This document shows positions 10,682 through 23,686 of a stretch of 64,000 nt of DNA, one piece after another (position 1 is the stretch's first letter; the number at the start of each line of letters is the position of its first letter). A program made the translations under genes and the position numbers. Under the pieces are notes generated by a model that saw nothing but the letters and a program-made list of their open reading frames with translations, was not told the DNA's origin and did no database searches. The stretch comes from an uncultured Gemmatimonadales bacterium. Its GTDB lineage: Bacteria > Gemmatimonadota > Gemmatimonadetes > Longimicrobiales > RSA9. Location: positions 1,312,001-1,376,000 of the forward strand of contig CAWFKH010000003.1 of assembly GCA_963816355.1 (NCBI GenBank). Direction: 5' to 3'.

Positions 10682-11239
10682 ATGCGATCGACTCGGATCC
10701 TGATCGGCGCGGCCGCCGTGCTGCTCACGCTGGGGTGTCAGAACGAGAATACGACGACGTCGCTGGCCGCGGGCACTCCGGCCGCCGACCGATCTTCGCG
10801 ACAGGACGGTGACCACGGCGTCGCCGACGGCGAGGCCACCCTCGACTTCCGCGGCATGGTCGGCAATGTGCTCACCGGCCAGACCGGTTCGCTGCGGGAT
10901 CTGCAGGCGGGCGGCCTGCCGTGGGTGGTGCGGCGCGCGCGCGCTCGGCTCACCGAGGACGGCCGGCTTCGCGTCGACGTCGAGGGCCTGGTCCTCGCCG
11001 CCGGTCCCCTGGCCGGAACCAACCCGATCCCGCAGTTTCGCGCCGTCCTGAGCTGCCGGACCGAGAACGCCGCGGGCACCGGCTACGATACGGTCAACGT
11101 CGCCAGCGCACCGGTCACGGCCTCCAGCGACGGCAACGCCCGCATCGACGTCCGTCTCGACGGCGTTCCCGAGCGCTGCCTCGCGCCGGCAATCTTCGTG
11201 ACCTCGCCCGGCCTGCAATGGTTCGCCGTGGCCGGCTGA
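10682..11239 (+). CDS. Lipoprotein of unknown function
   Basis: GGAGG RBS; lipobox LTLG-C; beta-rich mature part with two Cys, ending WFAVAG. Confidence 0.8.
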   Translation: MRSTRILIGAAAVLLTLGCQNENTTTSLAAGTPAADRSSRQDGDHGVADGEATLDFRGMVGNVLTGQTGSLRDLQAGGLPWVVRRARARLTEDGRLRVDVEGLVLAAGPLAGTNPIPQFRAVLSCRTENAAGTGYDTVNVASAPVTASSDGNARIDVRLDGVPERCLAPAIFVTSPGLQWFAVAG

Positions 11240-11396
11240 AGCCCACCCGAAGGGGCGGCCGCCGCGAACCGGCGCCGCCCCCTCGCGGCCTCCTCCAACG
11301 CCCCGCGCGGCTTGCCCCGACCCCGCCCCGCCCCCACCTTCCCGCCACGCGCGTCGCGTGGTGCGCCGCGCCGTCCCCGAATCGCGTCGACTCGCC

Positions 11397-13832
<2,436 letters not shown>

Positions 13833-13952
13833 GGCGGCCGCCACGCCCTCCCCCGGCGACGAGCCTAGGATGGGCGAACGCGCGCCGACGTGCCGCGGAG
13901 CCGGGGAACTCCGCGCGCGCCGACGCGCGCTCGATACGACGCGGGAAGGCGG

Positions 13953-14447
13953 CTAGGCGTGCGACGCCACCGCGCCGACCGCCGCCGCAGCGCCACGCGG
14001 CACCGCCGCGCGCCGGCTCCGCGGGAGGAGCGCCGGCCTGGAGGCGACGCGGAGCGGCCGCAGGAGACCGGCCAGCGCGTCGTGCAGCGCCTCCGGTGCC
14101 GTCGGCTTCTCGAGAAAGAGATCGCACCCTTCGGCGATCGCGTGCTCGCGTGTCCGCGGCCACGTCCACGTCGTATGCGCGACGATCGCCGGCCGATAGC
14201 CGGGGAAGCTGCCGCGGACCGCAGCGCACACGGTTCGCCCGTCCCGGAGCGGGATCGGGTAGGCGCTCACGATGGCATCCGGCCGGTCGGCGCCGATCAG
14301 CGCGAGCGCCTCCTCGCCGCCACTGGCGCGCAGGACCCGGAACCCTTCCCCTTCGAAATAGGCCGCGTAGCGATCGCGGGATTCCACATCGTCGTCGAGC
14401 AGCAACAGAGTCGGGATCATCAGCGCAGCCGCATGGGGTATCGTCAC
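13953..14447 (-). CDS. Single-domain pseudo-receiver (CheY-like, phospho-acceptor Asp replaced by Ala)
   Basis: LLLDDD, GEEAL, PDAIVSAYP (Asp expected at the A), AHT, GCDLFLEKP. Confidence 0.8.
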   Translation of the reverse strand: MTIPHAAALMIPTLLLLDDDVESRDRYAAYFEGEGFRVLRASGGEEALALIGADRPDAIVSAYPIPLRDGRTVCAAVRGSFPGYRPAIVAHTTWTWPRTREHAIAEGCDLFLEKPTAPEALHDALAGLLRPLRVASRPALLPRSRRAAVPRGAAAAVGAVASHA

Positions 14448-14468
14448 TTGCGAACGGTCATCGGCTCA

Positions 14469-14484
14469 TGCACCCGCGGTGCCA
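14469..14484 (-). promoter_or_regulatory. Putative sigma54 -24/-12 promoter for the pseudo-receiver gene
   Basis: Minus strand reads TGGCAC-CGCGG-GTGCA with GG-N10-GC spacing, 22 bp upstream of the GTG start. Confidence 0.6.
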
Positions 14485-14601
14485 CGTCCATGAGGCGCGC
14501 CCGAAGCGCCGAAAAGCGGCGGCACGCGGTGGAAATCCCCCGCTCGCCCAAGCGGCGCGCGTCGGCGACGGCGGCCGGTATGCGGCCGTTCCGCCGCACA
14601 C

Positions 14602-14619
14602 TGTTGCTCCGCCGCAACA
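14602..14619. promoter_or_regulatory. Palindrome TGTTGC-N6-GCAACA; candidate enhancer or transcription-factor site
   Basis: Perfect 6-bp inverted repeat in the divergent intergenic region, about 120-135 bp upstream of the sigma54 motif. Confidence 0.4.
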
Positions 14620-14698
14620 TGGGAAGCGCGCCTTGCCACGGTTCCCGCGATGCATCAGGTTGCGGTCTTTCACCTTCCCAGGTTTCGAGAACGAGTCC

Positions 14699-16078
14699 AT
14701 GTGCGGAATCGTCGCCGTAAGCGGAATCGAGCACGCGGCGGAGCTCGCCTTTCTGGGTCTGTACGCTCTGCAGCATCGGGGACAGGAGGCGGCGGGGATC
14801 GCGAGCGTGGACGCGGGCGCGGCGACGCACGTGCACAAGGCGGCAGGGCTGGTCTCCGACTCGTTCGACGATCGGGACCTTTCGGGCCTGCCGGGGCACA
14901 CGGCGCTGGGGCACACGCGGTATTCGACGGCCGGGGGGCCCGGGCTGGTGAACGCGCAGCCGATCGTGGTGCGGTACCGGGAGGGGGACCTGGCCCTGGT
15001 CCACAACGGCAACATCACGAACGCCCGGAAGCTGCGGGCGGGGCTGGTGGGCGACGGTGCGATCCTGCAGGCGACGATCGACTCGGAAGTGATCGTGCAT
15101 CTGATCGCGCGCTCGCGCGAGGCGACGCCGGAAGACCAGATCCGGGACGCGCTGACGCGGCTCACGGGTGCGTACTCCGTCCTGATCACGGTGGGTGACA
15201 CGCTGTACGCGGCGCGCGATCCGTGGGGCTTCAGGCCGCTGGTGCTGGGCCGGCGGGGCGAGGGCTTCGTTCTGGCGAGCGAATCGTGCGCGCTCGACAT
15301 CATGCGGGCGGACTTCGTCTGTGAGGTCCAGCCGGGCGAGGTGCTGAAGATCAGGGGCGGGGAGATCACGCCGCTGCCGAAGCTCGCCGCGCGGGGCCGC
15401 GTCGCGCCGTGCGTGTTCGAGCTGATCTACTTCGCCCGCCCGGACTCGGTGATGTGGAACGTGAGCGTGGACCGGGCGCGGCGGGCGTTCGGTCGGCAGC
15501 TCGCGCGGGAGCACCCGGTCGAGGCAGACTGCGTCTTCAGCGTGCCCGACTCGTCGAACTCGGCCGCGCTCGGTTTCGCGGAGGAAAGCGGCATACCGCT
15601 GGAGCTCGGGCTGATCCGCAACCACTACGTGGGGCGCACGTTCATCCATCCGACGCAGGCGGGGCGCGATTTCCGGGTCCGCATCAAGTACAATCCGGTG
15701 CGCGAGGTGATCCATGGCCGCCGCGTCGTGGTGGTCGACGACTCGCTGGTGCGCGGCACGACGAGCCGCGGCCTGATCGCGATGATCCGCGAGGCGGGCG
15801 CCGAGGAGGTCCACTTCCGCGTCGCCTCGCCACCGGTCCGCAACCCCTGCTACTACGGCATCGACATGCCGACGCGGGAGGAGCTGATCGGCGCGCGTCT
15901 TTCGGTCGACGAGATCCGCGAACACCTCGACGTCGACTCGCTCGGCTATCTCTCGATGGATGGAATGCACGCCGTCATGGGCGAGCACGGTCCCTTCTGC
16001 GACGCCTGCTTCTCCGGTGACTACACGGCGCCGCTCGTCGATCTCGAAGAGGGCTACGGCGCCGAAAGCCACTGCTGA
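14699..16078 (+). CDS. purF: Amidophosphoribosyltransferase (Fe-S type)
   Basis: N-terminal M-C-G, QHRGQ, GHTRYST, HNGN, VDDSLVRGTTS; Fe-S Cys in PCVFE, PCYYG and CDAC. Confidence 0.96.
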   Translation: MCGIVAVSGIEHAAELAFLGLYALQHRGQEAAGIASVDAGAATHVHKAAGLVSDSFDDRDLSGLPGHTALGHTRYSTAGGPGLVNAQPIVVRYREGDLALVHNGNITNARKLRAGLVGDGAILQATIDSEVIVHLIARSREATPEDQIRDALTRLTGAYSVLITVGDTLYAARDPWGFRPLVLGRRGEGFVLASESCALDIMRADFVCEVQPGEVLKIRGGEITPLPKLAARGRVAPCVFELIYFARPDSVMWNVSVDRARRAFGRQLAREHPVEADCVFSVPDSSNSAALGFAEESGIPLELGLIRNHYVGRTFIHPTQAGRDFRVRIKYNPVREVIHGRRVVVVDDSLVRGTTSRGLIAMIREAGAEEVHFRVASPPVRNPCYYGIDMPTREELIGARLSVDEIREHLDVDSLGYLSMDGMHAVMGEHGPFCDACFSGDYTAPLVDLEEGYGAESHC

Positions 16079-16133
16079 GCCCCACCGCGCTCGGCGCGGG
16101 TCCTCCACTGAAACCCTCCACGCCGGAGCTGCG

Positions 16134-18122
16134 ATGGCCACCCTGAAGCGAGAGCCCGCGCGCGTCGAGCCCTTCGTCCCGGCCTCGGAGTCGCTGCCGG
16201 AGATCACGGTCAAGGCGGTCGTCCTCGGCGTGATTCTGGCGCTCGTGCTGGCCGGGGCGAACGCCTACCTCGGCCTCTTCGCCGGGATGACGGTGTCGGC
16301 GTCGATTCCCGCGGCGGTGATCTCGATGGGCGTGCTGCGGTTCTTCCGGCGCTCGAACATCCTGGAAAACAACATCGTCCAGACGTGCGCCAGCGCGGGC
16401 GAGGCGCTCGCGGCGGGCGTGATCTTCACCCTGCCCGCGCTGATCCTGCTCGGCAGCTGGGCTCGCTTCGATTTCCTGCAGACGGCGCTCATCGCCGGCT
16501 TCGGAGGCGTTCTCGGCGTGATGTTCACGGTCCCGCTTCGACGTGCACTGATCGTGGAGCAGCCGCTGCAGTTCCCGGAAGGGATCGCATGCGCGCAGGT
16601 GCTCGAGACGGGTGAGCGCGGCGGCTCCGGCGTGAAGTACGTGGCGTGGGCGGCGATCGCGGCGGCGCTCTTCAAGTTCGGCCAGACCGGACTGCGGCTG
16701 TGGGGCGAGACGGCGGAGTGGGCGGGCGGCCTCTTCGGCCGGCGCAGCATCGCCTACATCGGCACGAACCTGTCGCCGGCGCTCGTGGCGGTCGGCTACA
16801 TCGTCGGTCTCAACATCGCGGTGCTCGTCTTCCTCGGCGGCGCGCTCAACTGGTGGGTCGCGATCCCTGCGCTGACCTGGCTGCACGGCGGCATTCCGGC
16901 GGGCCAGACGGCCGCGGGATACGCGGGGGACCTGTGGTCGACGCAGACGCGCTATCTCGGCGTCGGCGCGATGGTGGTGGGGGGGCTGTGGGCGCTGGTG
17001 CGCATGGGCGGCAGCGTGATCACGGGGATCCGTTCCGGCGTGGAGGCGTACCGCCACGTCCGCGCGGGTGGCGTCGCGGTGCGCACGGAGCGGGACCTGC
17101 CGATGCAATGGGTGCTGATCGCCGTCGTCGTCTCGATCCTGCCGCTCTACTTCATCTACCACCTCCTCGTCGGCTCCGTCGGGATGAGCCTGAGCATGGC
17201 CATCATCATGGTGATCGGCGGCTTCCTCTTCTCGGCGGTGTCCGGCTACATGACCGGGCTGGTCGGCTCCTCCAACAACCCGATCTCCGGCGTAACGATC
17301 GCGACGATCCTCTTCGCGTCGCTGCTACTGCTCGTCCTCTTCGGCCGCGAACACGCCGCGGGTCCCGCCGCAGCGATCCTGATCGGCGCCGTGGTGGCGT
17401 GCGCCGCCGCGATCGCGGGCGACAACCTCCACGACCTGAAGACCGGCTATCTGCTCGGGGCCACGCCGTGGAAGCAGCAGCTCATGCTGATCGTCGGCAC
17501 GCTCGTCTCCGCCCTCGTCATGGCGCCCGTGCTGAACCTGCTGCTCGAGGCCTACGGCATCGGGCCGCAGACGGCGGCTCACCCGCAATCCCTCACCGCG
17601 CCACAGGCCACGCTCATGGCGGCGGTCGCGAAGGGCGTCTTCGGCGGCGGCCTGCCGTGGGCGATGGTGTTCATCGGCATGGGACTCGGCGTCGCGATCA
17701 TCCTCTTCGACCTCTGGCTGGAGAGCCGCGAAGCGAGCTTCCGCGCACCCATCCTGGCCGTCGCCGTGGGAATCTACCTGCCGCTCGAGCTCAGCACGCC
17801 GATCCTGGTCGGCGGCGTGGTCGCGTACCTCGTCGGACGGTCGATGCGCAAGAGCGCCGCGGCCGGAGCGCCCGCGACGCCGGGCACGGAAGGCGCGCCG
17901 GGCGGAGAGGCGCCGGCGGGGCAGCACGGGCTGCTCATCGCCTCCGGGCTGATCACCGGCGAAGCGCTCGTCGGCATCGCGATGGCGATCCCGATCGTCG
18001 TCGCCAAACGCTCCGACGTCTTCGCGTTCTGGGGGGTGCAGAGCGCCGTCTGGCCCGGGCTCCTGCTGCTCGCCCTGATCGTGGGCGGCCTCTATCGCGG
18101 CGGCGTGACGCGGGAGGCGTAA
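16134..18122 (+). CDS. OPT-family oligopeptide transporter
   Basis: YLGLFAGMTVSASIPAAVISMG, ENNIVQT, FPEG, SNNPISG, DLKTGYLLGATP, APQA; many TM helices. Confidence 0.92.
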   Translation: MATLKREPARVEPFVPASESLPEITVKAVVLGVILALVLAGANAYLGLFAGMTVSASIPAAVISMGVLRFFRRSNILENNIVQTCASAGEALAAGVIFTLPALILLGSWARFDFLQTALIAGFGGVLGVMFTVPLRRALIVEQPLQFPEGIACAQVLETGERGGSGVKYVAWAAIAAALFKFGQTGLRLWGETAEWAGGLFGRRSIAYIGTNLSPALVAVGYIVGLNIAVLVFLGGALNWWVAIPALTWLHGGIPAGQTAAGYAGDLWSTQTRYLGVGAMVVGGLWALVRMGGSVITGIRSGVEAYRHVRAGGVAVRTERDLPMQWVLIAVVVSILPLYFIYHLLVGSVGMSLSMAIIMVIGGFLFSAVSGYMTGLVGSSNNPISGVTIATILFASLLLLVLFGREHAAGPAAAILIGAVVACAAAIAGDNLHDLKTGYLLGATPWKQQLMLIVGTLVSALVMAPVLNLLLEAYGIGPQTAAHPQSLTAPQATLMAAVAKGVFGGGLPWAMVFIGMGLGVAIILFDLWLESREASFRAPILAVAVGIYLPLELSTPILVGGVVAYLVGRSMRKSAAAGAPATPGTEGAPGGEAPAGQHGLLIASGLITGEALVGIAMAIPIVVAKRSDVFAFWGVQSAVWPGLLLLALIVGGLYRGGVTREA

Positions 18123-18136
18123 CGGGCCGGACCCGC

Positions 18137-18424
18137 CTAGCCTGCCCGGAGGAAACGCTGCGCCATGCGCATGAAGCGCACGTCCTGCTTCTCCTCCGGC
18201 AGGGCGCGCTCCTTCTCCAGGAGGTGCCGTACGTGGCCGCGCAGGTCCGGCTCGCCCCAGCGGTAGCCGGTCGCCTCCTCGGCGCTCCGCGTGTCCCCGT
18301 CGCGCGCCGCCTCGAGGAGCGCGAGCGCCGCCGCGGCGGGGTAGGACGGGTCGTCGACGGGCGGAAGCGCGAAGTGGCGCGGCGGCCGGGCGTCGGCGTC
18401 CTCGTTGACGAATGCGCGTGACAT
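18137..18424 (-). CDS. Small hypothetical protein (95 aa) beginning MSRAFVNED
   Basis: GGAGG RBS upstream on the minus strand; normal codon usage; N-terminus resembles the MSRAFVKE starts of some Gre-like proteins. Confidence 0.7.
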   Translation of the reverse strand: MSRAFVNEDADARPPRHFALPPVDDPSYPAAAALALLEAARDGDTRSAEEATGYRWGEPDLRGHVRHLLEKERALPEEKQDVRFMRMAQRFLRAG

Positions 18425-18530
18425 CGCGAGCCCTCCTGGCCGATCCGTTCGAGCACCGGAGCGGTCCACCGTTGCGGATCCGGACCCTCCTCCTCCCTCT
18501 ACCCCTTACACGGTTTCGGGTTTTTTCCGC

Positions 18531-18545
18531 TGGCGCGGTTCTTGT
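18531..18545 (+). promoter_or_regulatory. Possible sigma54-like element upstream of ppdK (non-canonical -12 GT)
   Basis: TGGCGC-GGTTC-TTGT, preceded by a T-rich tract. Confidence 0.25.
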
Positions 18546-18632
18546 TCAGGCCTCAAGGTGCGGTCGCGCAGCCTGACCGCGTGCCCGAACCGAAGAAACA
18601 CCGACGCCACGACGCGGAAACCAGGGGAAAAA

Positions 18633-21410
<2,778 letters not shown>

Positions 21411-21423
21411 CGGGAGACCCCAC

Positions 21424-22485
21424 GTGACCCACCTGGACCGCGAGCTGCTGCGCAGGCTGCCGAAGACGGACCTCCACGTCCATCTCGACGGCAGTGTGCG
21501 CCCGGAGACGCTGCTCGAGCTCGGCGCCGCGTACGGCGTTCCGATGCCACGCGACGAGCCGGAGGCGCTACGGGAGTTCATGCACGTCCGGGACGCGCGC
21601 AACCTCGAGGACTATCTCGCCCGCTTCGACACCACGCTCTCGGTGATGCAGACGGCGGACGCCCTCGAGCGGATCGCGTACGAGCTGGCCGAGGACGCCG
21701 CCGCGGAGAACGTGCGCTACATGGAGGTCCGCTACTCGCCGATCCTCAACGTTCGCGAGGGGCTCTCCCTGGAGGAGACGGTCGCCGCGCCGTTGCGTGG
21801 ACTGGCGCGTGCGGAGGCAGAGTTCGAGATCCGCACCGGCATCATCCTCTGCGGCATCCGCAACATGAGCCCGGGGACGTCGAGCGAGCTCGCGGACCTG
21901 ACGGTCGCCTTCAAAAATCGCGGCGTCGTCGCCTTCGACCTGGCCGGTGCCGAGTACAACTACCCGGCGAAGCGGCATCGCGACGCATTCTACCGCGTGA
22001 TCAACGCCAACATGGCGGCGACGATCCACGCCGGCGAGGCGTACGGCCCGGAGTCGATCCACCAGGCGCTGCACTACTGCAACGCGAACCGCATCGGGCA
22101 CGGCACGCGCCTCTTCGAAGACCCTGAGCTGATGCGATACGTGAACGACTTCCGCGTGCCGCTCGAGATCTGCCTCACGTCGAACGTGCAGACGCGCGCC
22201 GTCGCGAGCTTCGAGGAGCACCCGCTCCGCCTCTACTACGACGCCGGCCTCGTCGTCACGCTCAACACCGACAACCGCCTCATGAGCGCGACGACCGTCA
22301 CGGAGGAGTACTGGCGCGCACACCGCCACCTCGGTTTCACGCTCGGGGAGCTGTGCGACATCGCGGTGATGGGGTTCGAGAGCGCGTTCCTGCCGCACCG
22401 CGACAAGGGCGCGCTCGTCGCCGAAGTGCGCGATGAGATCGCCGCGATCACCGGCACCCGTCCCGTCGAGCAGTCGACCCCCTGA
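21424..22485 (+). CDS. add: Adenosine deaminase
   Basis: PKTDLHVHLDGS, HAGE, RIGHG, CLTSN, NTDN; GTG start after GGGAG. Confidence 0.92.
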   Translation: MTHLDRELLRRLPKTDLHVHLDGSVRPETLLELGAAYGVPMPRDEPEALREFMHVRDARNLEDYLARFDTTLSVMQTADALERIAYELAEDAAAENVRYMEVRYSPILNVREGLSLEETVAAPLRGLARAEAEFEIRTGIILCGIRNMSPGTSSELADLTVAFKNRGVVAFDLAGAEYNYPAKRHRDAFYRVINANMAATIHAGEAYGPESIHQALHYCNANRIGHGTRLFEDPELMRYVNDFRVPLEICLTSNVQTRAVASFEEHPLRLYYDAGLVVTLNTDNRLMSATTVTEEYWRAHRHLGFTLGELCDIAVMGFESAFLPHRDKGALVAEVRDEIAAITGTRPVEQSTP

Positions 22486-22521
22486 TCCCACCAGGAAAGC
22501 GGCCCGGACCCCGCGACCCCT

Positions 22522-23559
22522 TCAGGCGACCGGTGATGGCTCCGCTTCGCACCGCGGATCGACCTCTCCGGCAAGATAGCGCGCGGCGAGGTCGACGAGG
22601 TCGCGCGAGCCGACGAAGAGCGGGGTCCGGACGTGGAGCGCGGAAGGCTCGATGTCGAGGATGTCCCGCGTGCCGTCGGTCGCCCGTCCACCCGCCTGCT
22701 CCATGATGAGCGCGATCGGGGATGCTTCGTAGAGGAGGCGCAGCTTGCCGCTCGGGTTCTTGCGGTCGGCGGGGTACATGAAGATGCCGCCGTGGAGCAG
22801 CGTGCGGTGGAAGTCGGCGACGAGCGAGCCGACGTAGCGGGCGCGGAACGGACGGGCGCCGTCGGCGCCCTTGAAATGCTCGACCAGGTCCCGCTGCTCT
22901 TGCGACCAGCGCAGGGTGTAGCCCTCGTTGATGCTGTAGGTCCGCTCACCGGGCACGGGGATGCGGATGTCCGGGTGGCTGAGGAGGAACTCGCCGATCG
23001 ACGGGTCGAGGGTGAAGCCGTGCACGCCGTTGCCGGTCGTGTAGACGAGCATGGTCGAGGAGCCGTAGAGGACGTAGCCCGCGGCGACCTGGCGACGTCC
23101 GCGCTGCAGGCAGTCCTCCAGCACGCCGTCCCTGCCGGGCGTGCGCTTGCGGTGGATGGAGAAGATCGTGCCGACGGATATGTTCGAGTCGATGTTGGAG
23201 GAGCCGTCGAGCGGATCGAAGAGGACCACGTAGTTGCCCTTCGGGAAACGGTCCGGGATCGGAATGATCTCCTCCGCCTCCTCCGAGGCCATGCAGCAAA
23301 GGTAGCCGCCGTGGTCGAGCGCGCGGAACATGACGTCGTTGGCGAACTGGTCGAGCTTGCGCACCTGCTCGCCGTGGACGTTGACGTGGTCGGTCGCGCC
23401 GAGGATGTCGACGAGCCCGGCCTGGCGCACCTCGCGCGAGATCAGCTTCGCCGCGAGCGAGATGTCGTAGAGGATGCTGCTGAACGCTCCGGTTGCGGCC
23501 GGGTGGAGGCGCTCCTCCTCGATGATGTGACGGTCGATCGTGATGACCGAGCCCTGCAT
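22522..23559 (-). CDS. fbp: Fructose-1,6-bisphosphatase class 1
   Basis: SEE, FDPLDGSSNID, RYVGSLVADFHR, GKLRLLYE. Confidence 0.96.
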   Translation of the reverse strand: MQGSVITIDRHIIEEERLHPAATGAFSSILYDISLAAKLISREVRQAGLVDILGATDHVNVHGEQVRKLDQFANDVMFRALDHGGYLCCMASEEAEEIIPIPDRFPKGNYVVLFDPLDGSSNIDSNISVGTIFSIHRKRTPGRDGVLEDCLQRGRRQVAAGYVLYGSSTMLVYTTGNGVHGFTLDPSIGEFLLSHPDIRIPVPGERTYSINEGYTLRWSQEQRDLVEHFKGADGARPFRARYVGSLVADFHRTLLHGGIFMYPADRKNPSGKLRLLYEASPIALIMEQAGGRATDGTRDILDIEPSALHVRTPLFVGSRDLVDLAARYLAGEVDPRCEAEPSPVA

Positions 23560-23656
23560 GGCGCCCCTCCAGTCGAAGGTTGGCTCGTCCCGCCCCCCGC
23601 TCTCGCCGATCACGCCGTCGTCTTTCACCAGCCCTCCGCTGTCCGCTTCAGCCTCT

Positions 23657-23686
23657 GATCCAGCGTACGACGATTCAGCGTACGAC
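23657..23686. repeat. 15-bp tandem duplication (GATCCAGCGTACGAC / GATTCAGCGTACGAC) spanning the comEC stop
   Basis: Read directly; one mismatch (TGG vs TGA on the minus strand). Confidence 0.8.

Noticed and set aside
6551..11250. 9-bp direct repeat CCCACCCGA at 6551 and 11242 flanking the three inserted genes, as a possible target-site duplication
   Set aside because: Short and C-rich, with no transposase, integrase or terminal inverted repeats; chance cannot be excluded.
14448..14698. Purine-related riboswitch (ZTP, PRPP or guanine) upstream of purF
   Set aside because: Several hairpins are possible but I could not find the conserved cores; an Infernal/Rfam scan would settle it.
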